A DNA stretch of 27,370 nt from the NCBI GenBank assembly GCA_048772705.1, contig JBLWGC010000011.1, positions 1 through 27,370 on the forward strand, given 5' to 3'. Below the pieces are notes generated by a model, which saw nothing but the letters and a program-made list of their open reading frames with translations, was not told where the DNA came from and ran no database searches. The position numbers and the translations under genes are program-made. Origin of the DNA: Leidyana gryllorum EB-2025a. Lineage: Eukaryota > Protista > Apicomplexa. This document shows positions 17,472 to 26,465 of this stretch, in pieces (the first letter of the stretch is position 1; each line of letters begins with the position of its first letter).

Positions 17472-17802
17472 TACCGAAACTTCTCTCGATGCATCTCCTC
17501 CTGTCAAAAAGGTGCACGTGATGCTGTATCCACAACACACCCGCCTGGTCGGGGCGGGGCTCAACCGCAAACTTGGACTTGTTGGGCTCACCATTTAACT
17601 GACCGAAAATACGCAGAGTTGAGGTAAACAATCACTGGACCAAGTAGTCGACTGATGTGCTCAGCAAAGCACCTGATTGGCCTCGTCCGCCCGGCCGAAC
17701 AGTTATTTCAGAGCCTAATACTGACATGGAGTAGGGGTTGTTCCCACACCACTGACAATTCGCATGAGAGTCCCGAGGGAACGTGTGATCCGTTGCACTC
17801 TC

Positions 17803-17884
17803 GGCAAGGTGGCACAGTGTTTGAGGCGGCGGCTTGCTAAGCCGTTGGGTTTCACCCACGTGAGTTCAAATCTCACCATTGTCC
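17803..17884 (+). pseudogene. tRNA-Ser(GCT) pseudogene
   Basis: D arm and acceptor damaged. Confidence 0.8.
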
Positions 17885-18055
17885 GTGGCACTCGGGGAGA
17901 GCGCAACTGCTTCAATGATTGAACTGAGGTTTTTGCCCGACTCGAATCCAACTCTTTACGCTGGGGTCTGTATACAAGACCCGTGTTGCATGTGTCCAGT
18001 TGAGGAGCGCTAGTCCGGATGGCTCTACCAACTCTTTTTCGGGAAGGACTGAATC

Positions 18056-18127
18056 GGTTACGTGGTGTAGTGGTTAGCACTGGAGAATCTAAATCTCCCG
18101 ACCTAGCTTCGATTCCCGGCGCGACCT
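18056..18127 (+). pseudogene. Gln-body pseudogene with CTA (amber) anticodon
   Basis: GGAGA-AT CTA AA-TCTCC; T stem broken. Confidence 0.75.
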
Positions 18128-18190
18128 CGAAACTGGTCTTCACTTTTCCGTGAAGCCTCGCCACTTCTCGTGGTCTGCCGGACCTTCGCT

Positions 18191-18263
18191 GCAGCCATGG
18201 TCTAGTGGTCACGACGTCTGCTTAACACGCAGAAGGTCCCGAGTTCGATCCTCGGTGGCTGTA
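18191..18263 (+). tRNA. trnV(AAC): tRNA-Val(AAC)
   Basis: Intact. Confidence 0.93.
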
Positions 18264-18403
18264 AGTCGCATTTTTCAGGTGAACACCACGAAATCTAAAG
18301 CGGAAAAACTAAGTGTCTCCAAGACCGGGAATCGTACCCGGGTCCTCCCTTCTCGACACTTCACGAAAAGAAAACCTGTCAAGTGGCGAGCCAAGAACAC
18401 TCC

Positions 18404-18483
18404 GGCATGATGGCCGAGTGGACCAAGGCGCTGTGTTAAGGCCGCAGTTCGAAAGGGCGTGGGTTCGAATCCCGCTCTTGTCA
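18404..18483 (+). tRNA. trnL(AAG): tRNA-Leu(AAG) variant
   Basis: A few substitutions versus 26893-26972. Confidence 0.75.
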
Positions 18484-18529
18484 ACCGTTGCATTGTCATC
18501 CGATTCCCCCTCCGACACTTGCCTCCTTA

Positions 18530-18610
18530 TGCGAGAAGTGGGGTTCGAACCCACGCGGAATTAACCAGTGGATCTTAAGGCCACCCCCTTAACGTCTCGG
18601 GCATTCTCGC
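18530..18610 (-). tRNA. trnL(TAA): tRNA-Leu(TAA) variant
   Basis: CT TAA GA loop, long variable arm, paired acceptor; D-loop GG altered. Confidence 0.75.
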
Positions 18611-18818
18611 AATGCAGCATCGAAATAAGTAGTCTGGGGTTCCTACGGGTAGCCAGTGCCGACCATGTGAGTGGGGTCTGAACACAGCGCCTTGCCCACT
18701 AGGGCATCTTGCCACATTCTGGTAGGCGCAAGTCTGCATGGGTGCGAATCCCATTATGTGCAACGGTACTCATTCCAGGGCGGAATTGGCCATTACATCG
18801 TGGATCCCCCTAACATTC

Positions 18819-18892
18819 GGCTGTTCGGTCTAGTGGTATGATCCTTGCTTAGGGGGTGGAAGGAGTCTTGGGTTCGATTCCTAAAACAGCCT
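18819..18892 (+). pseudogene. tRNA-Pro(AGG) pseudogene
   Basis: G-run expansion in anticodon loop. Confidence 0.75.
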
Positions 18893-19070
18893 TTTTGCTA
18901 GCCGCTGACGAGGGTCTAGGAGAGTTGATACACGCATCCCCTGTCTCAAATACGATAACGAGTCTTTCGAACTCCGCCTACCACGTCACTCGACAGCTGC
19001 TAGATTCGAACCAGTGGGGCCAGGCGATACTGACGACTCAGGTGTTTAAGACAGTGAGGCTGTGGGTTGT

Positions 19071-19143
19071 GCGGTGGTGGCGGAATGGATAGCGTGTTGC
19101 CCTCCGGAGGCAAAGGTTGTGGGTTCGAGTCCCGCCCACCGTT
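19071..19143 (+). tRNA. trnR(CCG): tRNA-Arg(CCG)
   Basis: TTGCC-CT CCG GA-GGCAA; D-stem variant. Confidence 0.82.
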
Positions 19144-19463
19144 CTCGTGGTCCCGCTCAACCGTGGAATCGAGAAGAGTGGCTGCCATTCGGAGCCATGC
19201 AGACTTGCGCCATCCAAACTCAAGTTTGGCACCGCAGGCCACCGCGATCTGTGCCGCAGTGTTGAGCTTGAGGGCTCGAAGTACCACTGTTGAGGAACCG
19301 AGGCTGGAAAAGTTCGCTTGGGTTTAGCGGATAGGCGGCTATCCCAAGTGGCAGAGAGGTGACTTTGCAGGCCAAATGTGCGGGGGTCGATACCAGGTCG
19401 GGGAGCTCTCGAAGAAAAGACGCCTGTGAATCATTTCTATAAGTGTGTCCCCCTGCGGGCGCT

Positions 19464-19536
19464 CACCAGTGCGTCGTTTCGATCGACGGAACTTTGGGTC
19501 ATGAGCCCGACACTCTCCTCGTGTCTCTGTGAGTGC
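19464..19536 (-). pseudogene. initiator tRNA-Met remnant
   Basis: GATCGAAA T-loop; GGG-CTCATGA-CCC arm. Confidence 0.65.
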
Positions 19537-19561
19537 TACAGCCTCTGTCGATCTTTCGACT

Positions 19562-19631
19562 GCATTTGTGGTCTGACGGCAAAATGCGACCTTGCTGAGG
19601 TCGTAACGCGGACTGAGTTCCCGCAGGTGCA
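19562..19631 (+). pseudogene. tRNA-Gly(TCC-type) remnant
   Basis: Degenerate copy of 14189-14259. Confidence 0.65.
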
Positions 19632-19840
19632 GCCGTATGCAAGTTGGACGACCTGTCTATCGATCTCATCTGGCATGTCAATGAGCACTCTACCTTTTGA
19701 GCTAGCGGTCTCCAACTTAGAAGAGCTATTGCATGCCCTGCTTGATGAGTGGACGATTGCCCGTTGAGAATCTGCGGAACGCTGCTGGCAAGCTGGAGTC
19801 GCACGGCTGTGAGGGATGACACCAAATATCACAACCTCTC

Positions 19841-19913
19841 TGCCTCGGCCGTGGATCGAACACGGGACTTCCAGATCTTCAGTCTGGCGCTCTCCCAACT
19901 GAGCTACCGGGGC
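19841..19913 (-). tRNA. trnF(GAA): tRNA-Phe(GAA)
   Basis: One acceptor mismatch. Confidence 0.87.
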
Positions 19914-20028
19914 GGTAGGTAGTCACGGAAGGCGGTGAAGATGAGCACCTACCGCGGCCGTATGTGGGGCCACTGCCCGCTCAAAATGCGAGGACTTCTG
20001 GGGTTGGAGGCCGGCGTGTTTACTAGCG

Positions 20029-20099
20029 TCCGAGATAGTATAGTGGTCAGTATTCCGCCTGTCACGCGGAAGACCCGGGTTCGATTACCGGTCTTGGAG
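20029..20099 (+). pseudogene. tRNA-Asp(GTC) variant
   Basis: 1-nt deletion; C61>A. Confidence 0.78.
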
Positions 20100-20357
20100 C
20101 ACCTGCCGCTATGTATTTACCGAGTTGAGAGCCTTTGATTGTGCCCTGTAGCCCCTGGATAGACTTTGGCATCGCAATACGGTCTAGGGTGCCTGAGACC
20201 GCGGACCTGCGACTTAGTATTTAACAATCACACGCTTTGCCCACTGCGCTACAAGAGCCAGTTGAATATTTTGGAGGTTAGTAGAAAAACCCGTTTTGCA
20301 TGTGTGGGGAAGCTCTAGTCCGGATGGCTCTATCAACTCTTTGAGAAGGGCTAAATC

Positions 20358-20429
20358 GGTTGCGTGGTGTAGTGGTTAGCACTGGAGACTTTGAATCTCC
20401 CGACCTGGGTTCGATTCCCGGCGCGACCT
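20358..20429 (+). tRNA. trnQ(TTG): tRNA-Gln(TTG)
   Basis: GGAGA-CT TTG AA-TCTCC; intact. Confidence 0.93.
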
Positions 20430-20492
20430 TGAAACTAATCCTCACTACTTCGTGAAACCTCCCCACTTGCTTTGGTCTGCGGGACCTGCCGT

Positions 20493-20565
20493 GCAGCCAT
20501 GGTCTAGTGGTTACGACGTCTGCTTCACACGCAGAAGGTCCCCAGTTCGATCCTCGGTGGCTGTA
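20493..20565 (+). tRNA. trnV(CAC): tRNA-Val(CAC)
   Basis: One T-stem mismatch. Confidence 0.85.
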
Positions 20566-20620
20566 GCTCGCAACTTTCAGCGAGAACCAAAGGAGAGAAT
20601 CTTAAGCGAAACCACCTGCG

Positions 20621-20692
20621 CTCCAAGACCGGGAATCGAACCCGGGTCTTCCGAGTGTCAGGCGGAAATACTAACCACTAGACTATCTCGGC
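20621..20692 (-). pseudogene. tRNA-Asp pseudogene, anticodon reads GAC
   Basis: Anticodon stem mismatch. Confidence 0.78.
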
Positions 20693-20825
20693 CGCTCTAA
20701 ATACGCCGGCCTCCAACTCCAAAAGTCTTTCCATTTTGTTGTGCAGACCCCATCGCATTTGTTGGTTCTCAACATAGTATGACCACTATCTCAACTGTAC
20801 TCAGCGGGTTGCACGACCGACAGGC

Positions 20826-20897
20826 GGCTGTTTGGTCTAGTGGTATGATTCTTCCTTCGGGTGGAAGAAGTCCTGGGTTCGATTCCCAGAACAGCCC
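20826..20897 (+). tRNA. trnP(CGG): tRNA-Pro(CGG)
   Basis: CTTCC-TT CGG GT-GGAAG; intact. Confidence 0.94.
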
Positions 20898-20978
20898 CGT
20901 TGCTTGTCGGTTGACCTGACGCTCCATCTCATCTCAAGATGGTACGGCTTTCGTCCAAAGCTGCAGCTGAGGAAGTTG

Positions 20979-21051
20979 TCCACTGTAGTCTAAGTGGCTA
21001 GGATATGCGGCTCTCACCCGCACGATCCGGGTTCAAGTCCCGGCAGTGGAA
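20979..21051 (+). tRNA. trnE(CTC): tRNA-Glu(CTC)
   Basis: Intact. Confidence 0.95.
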
Positions 21052-21111
21052 ATCCAGCAGAGTGTGCTTGTAGGCAACGGTTCCACTCCTACTCCCAGAG
21101 ACATTGATTTG

Positions 21112-21184
21112 CACCGCCCGCGGGGCTCGAACTCGCGACTGCAAGATTAAAAGTCTTGCGCTCTACCGACTAAGCTAGGGCGGC
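21112..21184 (-). tRNA. trnK(TTT): tRNA-Lys(TTT)
   Basis: CAAGA-CT TTT AA-TCTTG; one T-stem mismatch. Confidence 0.85.
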
Positions 21185-21312
21185 AAGAAAGCTCTAAACT
21201 TAGTTACACCCTATTTGCCGGTGGGTGGAACAGTGAAAGTATTAAGTGGTGGAACAATGTGCTTCAGTAACTTCCGTCAATAGGGACTCATTCGTGATGT
21301 CCAGTTAACATT

Positions 21313-21383
21313 GCCTTCTTAGCTTGGGGCAGAGCATTCGCTTAGTAAGTGAAAGGTCGCCGGTTCGATTCGGGCAGAAGGCT
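21313..21383 (+). pseudogene. tRNA-Thr(AGT) variant
   Basis: A14 deleted; T-stem mismatch. Confidence 0.75.
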
Positions 21384-21510
21384 CGACTGCATCGACTGGG
21401 CACCTGCAAGCTGCTCGCAAACTCCACCATCCCGGATGAATTCCAGACCAGCTGAGGCAAAATCTGAGTTGCAGCAGTTGTGAGGGCTGGAACTGCAGCC
21501 GTACGAAGTT

Positions 21511-21582
21511 TGGACGACCTGGACATCGATCCCATACCTTTCGCATGCTAAGCGAGCGCTCTACCATCTGAGCCAGTCGCCC
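21511..21582 (-). pseudogene. tRNA-Ala(AGC) variant
   Basis: 1-nt deletion shared with 24850-24921. Confidence 0.75.
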
Positions 21583-21670
21583 GACGTGCAGTCCCCATCG
21601 CATTTATCGGTTGTCAACATAGCATAACCACTCTCTCGACTCTACCCGCGGATTGCACCACCGACCAGTC

Positions 21671-21742
21671 AGCTGTTTGGTCTAGTGGTATGATCCTTCC
21701 TTAGGGTGGAAGAAGTGCTTGGTTCGATTCCCAGAATAGCCC
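21671..21742 (+). tRNA. trnP(AGG): tRNA-Pro(AGG) variant
   Basis: TT AGG GT loop; stem mismatches. Confidence 0.7.
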
Positions 21743-21817
21743 GCTTTGTTGTATCTTGACCCAACCTGCCTGGCAGCATGGTTCTGGGTTTGGGTGATTC
21801 TTCGGAGACAGTCGGGG

Positions 21818-21890
21818 GGGAGTGTAGCGCAGTCGGTAGCGCGTAGGTCTCATAATCCTGAAGTCGAGAGTTCGATCCTCTCCACTCCCA
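21818..21890 (+). tRNA. trnM(CAT): elongator tRNA-Met(CAT)
   Basis: Intact. Confidence 0.94.
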
Positions 21891-21934
21891 GGGTCGGAAT
21901 CGAAATCGCCGACAAACTCATCATGCTATCGTTT

Positions 21935-22005
21935 TGCATCTGTCGGGAATCGCACACGGGTTATCTTGATGGCAGCGAGAGACTCTTCCACTAGACCACA
22001 GATGC
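21935..22005 (-). pseudogene. tRNA-Gly(GCC) pseudogene
   Basis: B box reads GTGCGATT. Confidence 0.75.
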
Positions 22006-22071
22006 AGAACACGATCCTGTTGACTCTTGTACTGGTGACAGCCATTCTTTATAAGCCTATCGATGCATCAA

Positions 22072-22143
22072 AGCCTTCTGGCGGAATCGAGCCGGCGCCT
22101 TCTCGCTTACGAAGCGAACGCTCTGCCCCTAAGCTTCGAAGGC
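22072..22143 (-). pseudogene. tRNA-Thr(CGT) variant
   Basis: Several substitutions. Confidence 0.75.
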
Positions 22144-22219
22144 AATGTAAGTTGGAGACAACGAAACGATGGCTACTGACGGAGATTAGTGGAGCACTTT
22201 GCTCGAGTACTTCAATGAC

Positions 22220-22292
22220 TTTCACTGCCGGGACTTGAACCCGGATCGTGCGGGTGAGAGCCGCATATCCTAGCCACTTAGACTACAGTGGA
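22220..22292 (-). tRNA. trnE(CTC): tRNA-Glu(CTC)
   Basis: One acceptor mismatch. Confidence 0.85.
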
Positions 22293-22521
22293 CAAGTGCT
22301 CGAGTTTAGGCTTCGGCCGGCCGAACCGTGTCGGAAAGATTCCGCCATCAATACGACTGGAATTGTTACCAAGTCCGAGCTTTCTTGCCGCCCCAACTCC
22401 GTCGGTAGAGCGCAAGACTTTTGAAGGGAGAACCGCGGGTTCGGGCGGCCCGAGCAGTCCTAGTAAAGCTTGTTGAACCGTATGTGACGGCACTGGCCGC
22501 AAAATGCCGAGTTGGACAGGT

Positions 22522-22603
22522 GGCAACTTGCCCGAGTGGTTAAGGGGGTAGACTAGAAATCTACTGAGCCTGGCCCGCGCTGGTTCAAATCCAGCAGTTG
22601 TCG
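22522..22603 (+). tRNA. trnS(AGA): tRNA-Ser(AGA)
   Basis: 82 nt. Confidence 0.9.
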
Positions 22604-22667
22604 TGCGATGTGGTGGAAATGATGCAATCCCCAGCATCAAAAACTCATATGGGTCGAGACAGGGAAT

Positions 22668-22739
22668 GCCTCCTTAGCTTAGGGGCAGAGCATTCGCTTT
22701 GTAAGCGAAAGGTCGCTGGTTCGATTCCGGCAGGAGGCT
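22668..22739 (+). tRNA. trnT(TGT): tRNA-Thr(TGT)
   Basis: TT TGT AA loop; compensatory C5:G68 pair. Confidence 0.93.
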
Positions 22740-22916
22740 TCAGTCATTAGCCTAAACATGGTTGCGATCCTCTGCCCGCATTTGGGACGGCGGCTTGCAC
22801 ACAGCACTCGGCCATCTTGCCGGAGTGTTCTTGGCTCGCCGTTCCACCCATTTCCTGTTGGTGAAATCTCAAAATGCGAGGACTTCTGGGGTTGGAGGCC
22901 GGCGAGTTTACTAGCG

Positions 22917-22988
22917 TCCGAGATAGTGCAGTGGTCAGTATTTCCGGCTGTCACGCGGCATACCCTGGTTCGATTCCCGGTCTCGGAG
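22917..22988 (+). pseudogene. tRNA-Asp(GTC) pseudogene
   Basis: Inverted paralog of 16789-16860. Confidence 0.78.
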
Positions 22989-23043
22989 CACAGATGGCTT
23001 CGCTGAAGATTCTCTCCTTTGGTTCTCGCTGAACGTCGCGAGC

Positions 23044-23117
23044 TACAGCCACCGAGGACCGAACTCGGGACCTTTTGGGTGTTGAGCAGACGTCGTAACC
23101 ACTAAACCGTTGACTGC
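23044..23117 (-). pseudogene. tRNA-Val pseudogene
   Basis: Inverted copy of 16660-16733. Confidence 0.8.
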
Positions 23118-23181
23118 ATGAATGGGCCCCGCAGCCCAAGAGGAGTGGCGAAGTTTTACGGAGCAGTGAGGACCAGTTCCA

Positions 23182-23252
23182 AGGTCGCGCCGGAAATCGA
23201 ACCCAGGTCGGGAGATTCAGAGTTTCCAGTGCTAACCACTCACCACGCAACC
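23182..23252 (-). pseudogene. tRNA-Gln(CTG) variant
   Basis: Inverted copy of 16525-16595. Confidence 0.75.
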
Positions 23253-23529
23253 GATCCAGTCCATCCCAGAAGAGTCGGTAGAACTATCCGGACTAGCCCT
23301 TTCTCAAATGAACACACGCAACACGAGTCTCTCTACTGACCTTTGAAATAATGTAACTGACTCTTGTATCTTAGTCGGCAGAGTGTGTCATTGTAACATA
23401 CAAACTCGGAAATCCGGGCTCTGAGGCAACCTTCACACATACTGCGATGCCCAGGTCTGTCCAATCGTTACAGGGCACAATTATCTCAGCTCGGGAAATA
23501 AATAGCGGCAGGTGCAGCCGTACGAAGTT

Positions 23530-23602
23530 TGGACGACCTGGGCATCGATCCCAGTACCTCTCGCATGCTAAGCGAGCGCTCTACCATTTGAGCTAGTCGC
23601 CC
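23530..23602 (-). tRNA. trnA(AGC): tRNA-Ala(AGC)
   Basis: Intact. Confidence 0.95.
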
Positions 23603-23689
23603 GTTGCGCAGACCCCATCGCATGTGTTGGTTCTCAAATATTATGACCACTCTCGCGACTGTGCTCACCGCGTTGCACGACCGACAGGC

Positions 23690-23761
23690 GGCTGTTTGGT
23701 CTAGTGGTATGATTCTTCCTTGGGGTGGAATAAGTCCTGGGTTCGGTTCCCAGAACAGCCC
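23690..23761 (+). pseudogene. tRNA-Pro variant, anticodon GGG
   Basis: TT GGG GT loop; A58>G. Confidence 0.75.
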
Positions 23762-23898
23762 GTCTGATAGTTGTTGACTCAATGCCACGTCTCTCCAAGG
23801 TCGGCAACTATACGCGGCTCCCACTCGTACAATCCCGAATGAAGTCCAGACCAGCTGAGACAAAATCTGAGTTGCACCAGTTGTGAGGGCTGGAACTG

Positions 23899-23970
23899 CT
23901 CCGAGACCGGAAATCGAACCCGGGTCTTCCGCGTGACAGGCGGAGATACTAACCACCATACTATCTCGGT
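23899..23970 (-). pseudogene. tRNA-Asp(GTC) variant
   Basis: A14>G and C61>T. Confidence 0.75.
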
Positions 23971-24065
23971 GGCTCACAAACACACCGGCCTTCAACCCCA
24001 AAAGTCCTCCCTCCTCGAGACTTCACGGACAGAAAACGTGTAAAGTGGCGAGCCAAGAACGCTCC

Positions 24066-24145
24066 GGCAAGATGGCCGAGTGGTCTAAGGCGCTGTGTTC
24101 AGGCCGCAGTCCGAAAGGGCGTGGGTTCGAATCCCACTTTTGTCA
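24066..24145 (+). tRNA. trnL(CAG): tRNA-Leu(CAG)
   Basis: Essentially intact. Confidence 0.92.
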
Positions 24146-24181
24146 GGTTGCGCCCCAAACGGGAAAAACATAGAGTCCGGT

Positions 24182-24253
24182 TGAGCCCAGAGTGATTCGA
24201 ACACCCAACCTTCTGATCTGGAGTCAGACACGCTACCGTTGCGCCATAGGCCC
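24182..24253 (-). tRNA. trnW(CCA): tRNA-Trp(CCA)
   Basis: Direct paralog of 4775-4846. Confidence 0.9.
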
Positions 24254-24276
24254 AAAACCATCCCCCGTTCCAGACT

Positions 24277-24346
24277 CATTTACCGCCAATCGGGCCCGCT
24301 TCTTAGGCGTGACATGCGAAAATAGTAACCACTATGCGATCTCGGA
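24277..24346 (-). pseudogene. tRNA-Asp remnant
   Basis: Copy of 4870-4939. Confidence 0.65.
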
Positions 24347-24426
24347 CGCTCTGAACACGCCACGGACATTCCATTCGTTCAGAAAACGGCCGTTACCGTG
24401 TACGAGCTTCAACAACAAGGTGTCAC

Positions 24427-24497
24427 GCATCTGTGGTCTAGTGGTAGAATGTCTCGCTGTCATCAAGATAACCCGTGTGCGATTCCCGACAGATGCA
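24427..24497 (+). pseudogene. Chimeric tRNA-Gly pseudogene
   Basis: 5' half like 5020, 3' half like 21935-22005. Confidence 0.8.
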
Positions 24498-24541
24498 AAA
24501 CGATAGCATGATGAGTTTGTTGGCGATTTCGATTCCGACCC

Positions 24542-24614
24542 TGGGAGTGGAGAGGATCGAACTCTCGACTTCAGGATTATGAGACCTACGCGCTACCGAC
24601 TGCGCTACACTCCC
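24542..24614 (-). tRNA. trnM(CAT): elongator tRNA-Met(CAT)
   Basis: Intact. Confidence 0.94.
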
Positions 24615-24689
24615 CCCCGACTGTCTCCGAAGAATCACCCGAACCCAGAACCATGCTGCCAGGCAGGTTGGGTCAAGATACAACAAAGC

Positions 24690-24761
24690 GGGCTGTTCTG
24701 GGAATCGAACCCAGCACTCCTTCCACCCTAAGGAAGGATCATACCACTAGACCAAACAGCT
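24690..24761 (-). tRNA. trnP(AGG): tRNA-Pro(AGG) variant
   Basis: Inverted paralog of 21671-21742. Confidence 0.75.
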
Positions 24762-24849
24762 GACTGGTCGGTGGTGCAATCCGCGGGTAGAGTCGAGAGA
24801 GTGGTCATGCTATGTTGACAACCGATAAATGCGATGGGGACTGCACGTC

Positions 24850-24921
24850 GGGCGACTGGCTCAGATGGTAGAGCGCTCGCTTAGCATGCGAAAGGTATGG
24901 GATCGATGTCCAGGTCGTCCA
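24850..24921 (+). pseudogene. tRNA-Ala(AGC) variant
   Basis: Inverted copy of 21511-21582. Confidence 0.75.
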
Positions 24922-25195
24922 AACTTCGTACGGCTGCACCTGCCGCTATGTATTTACCGAGTTGAGAGCCTTTGATTGTGCCCTGTAGCCCTTGGATAGA
25001 CTTTGGGATCACAATACGGTCTAGGGTGCCTGAGACCGCGGACCTGCGACTTAGTATTTAACAATCAACACGCTTTGCCCCCTGCGCTACAAGAGCCAGT
25101 TGAATATTTTGAAGGTTAATAGAAAAACCCGTTTTGCATGTGTGGGGAAGCTCTAGTCCGGATGGCTCTATCAACTCTTTGAGAAGGGCTAAATC

Positions 25196-25267
25196 GGTTG
25201 CGTGGTGTAGTGGTTAGCACTGGAGACTCTGAATCTCCCGACCTGGGTTCGATTCCCGGCGCGACCT
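25196..25267 (+). tRNA. trnQ(CTG): tRNA-Gln(CTG)
   Basis: Intact. Confidence 0.94.
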
Positions 25268-25330
25268 TGAAACTAGTCCTCACTACTTCGTGAAACCTCC
25301 CCACTTGCTTTGGTCTGCGGGACCTGCCGT

Positions 25331-25403
25331 GCAGCCATGGTCTAGTGGTTACGACGTCTGCTTCACACGCAGAAGGTCCCGAGTTCGATCCTCGGTGGCT
25401 GTA
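25331..25403 (+). tRNA. trnV(CAC): tRNA-Val(CAC)
   Basis: Intact. Confidence 0.94.
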
Positions 25404-25458
25404 GCTCGCAACTTTCAGCGAGAACCAAAGGACAGAATCTTAAGCGAAACCACCTGCG

Positions 25459-25530
25459 TTTCGAGGCCGGGAATCGAACCCGGGTCTTCCGCGTGACAGG
25501 CGGAGACACTAACCACTATACTAACTCGGA
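25459..25530 (-). pseudogene. tRNA-Asp(GTC) variant
   Basis: Lesions shared with 1069-1140. Confidence 0.78.
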
Positions 25531-25621
25531 CCCTCTGAACACGCTGGCCTCCAATCCCAGAAGTCTTTCTATTTCGGCTCACGGACAAAAAACGCGTGGA
25601 GGGACGAACCAACAACACTGC

Positions 25622-25701
25622 GGCAAGATGGCCGAGTGGTCTAAGGCGCTGTGTTCAGGCCGCAGTCCGAAAGGGCGTGGGTTCGAATCCCACTCTTGTC
25701 A
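25622..25701 (+). tRNA. trnL(CAG): tRNA-Leu(CAG)
   Basis: Intact. Confidence 0.94.
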
Positions 25702-25759
25702 GCCGTTGTATCGGCTCGGTCAGCCACTGGATGCAATAGGTCTTCCATGTAGAGCGGAT

Positions 25760-25832
25760 GGGCGGCTAGCTCAGATGGTAGAGCGCTCGCTTTGCATCCG
25801 AGAGGTACTGGGATCGATACCCAGGTCGTCCA
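25760..25832 (+). tRNA. trnA(TGC): tRNA-Ala(TGC)
   Basis: One anticodon-stem mismatch. Confidence 0.8.
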
Positions 25833-26010
25833 AACTTTGTAGTGCTGCAACTGGCGCTATTTGACTACAGAGTTGAGAGCTTTAAGGGTGCCCTGTAGCC
25901 CTTGAATAGACTTGGGCACCACACTTCAACTCGACATGAGGGGCAGCGGCTCTCATACAGCTAGCAAGCTTGCCTCGGTCGAAACGGAACGTCTTCCGAG
26001 TGAGAGGCTA

Positions 26011-26083
26011 TGATGCGGATGGGCCTCGGACCCACAACTCCCGGTTCCGAAGACCGCTGCCTTATCCAGTAGGCCACCGCACC
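26011..26083 (-). pseudogene. tRNA-Arg(TCG) variant
   Basis: T-loop reads TCCGAGG, shared with 3813-3884. Confidence 0.75.
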
Positions 26084-26191
26084 ATGGAGAGACTTCGGTC
26101 ATCTCGATACTCGTGGGGTGAAAGAAGTCTTCGATCTCATAACCTCCCCCAAACCGTTGTGAAAAAGTGCCAGCGAGTAAGACATGTCGTC

Positions 26192-26273
26192 GGCAAGGTG
26201 GCCGAGTGGTTAAGGCGGCGGCCTGCTAAGCCGTTGGGTTCTACCCGCGTGAGTTCGAATCTCACCCTTGTCG
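26192..26273 (+). tRNA. trnS(GCT): tRNA-Ser(GCT)
   Basis: Intact. Confidence 0.95.
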
Positions 26274-26465
26274 GTAGCATTCGGGGAGAGCGCATCTGCT
26301 TCAATGATTGAACTGAGGATTTTGGCCGACTCAAATCCAACGCTTTACGCTGGGGGCTGTATACAAAAGCCAGTTACAATACTTCAGAGGTTAGTAGAGA
26401 GACCCGTGTTGCATGTGTTCCAGTTGAGGGAGCGCTAGTCCGACTGTTCTGGGATGGGCTGAACC

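Larger units (their letters stand above)
20099..20640. repeat. Direct duplication, partner about 24936-25478
   Basis: Asn remnant-Gln-Val block, near-identical. Confidence 0.88.
21494..21975. repeat. Inverted duplication arm, partner about 24455-24938
   Basis: Ala-Pro-Met-Gly pseudogene block, near-identical. Confidence 0.88.
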
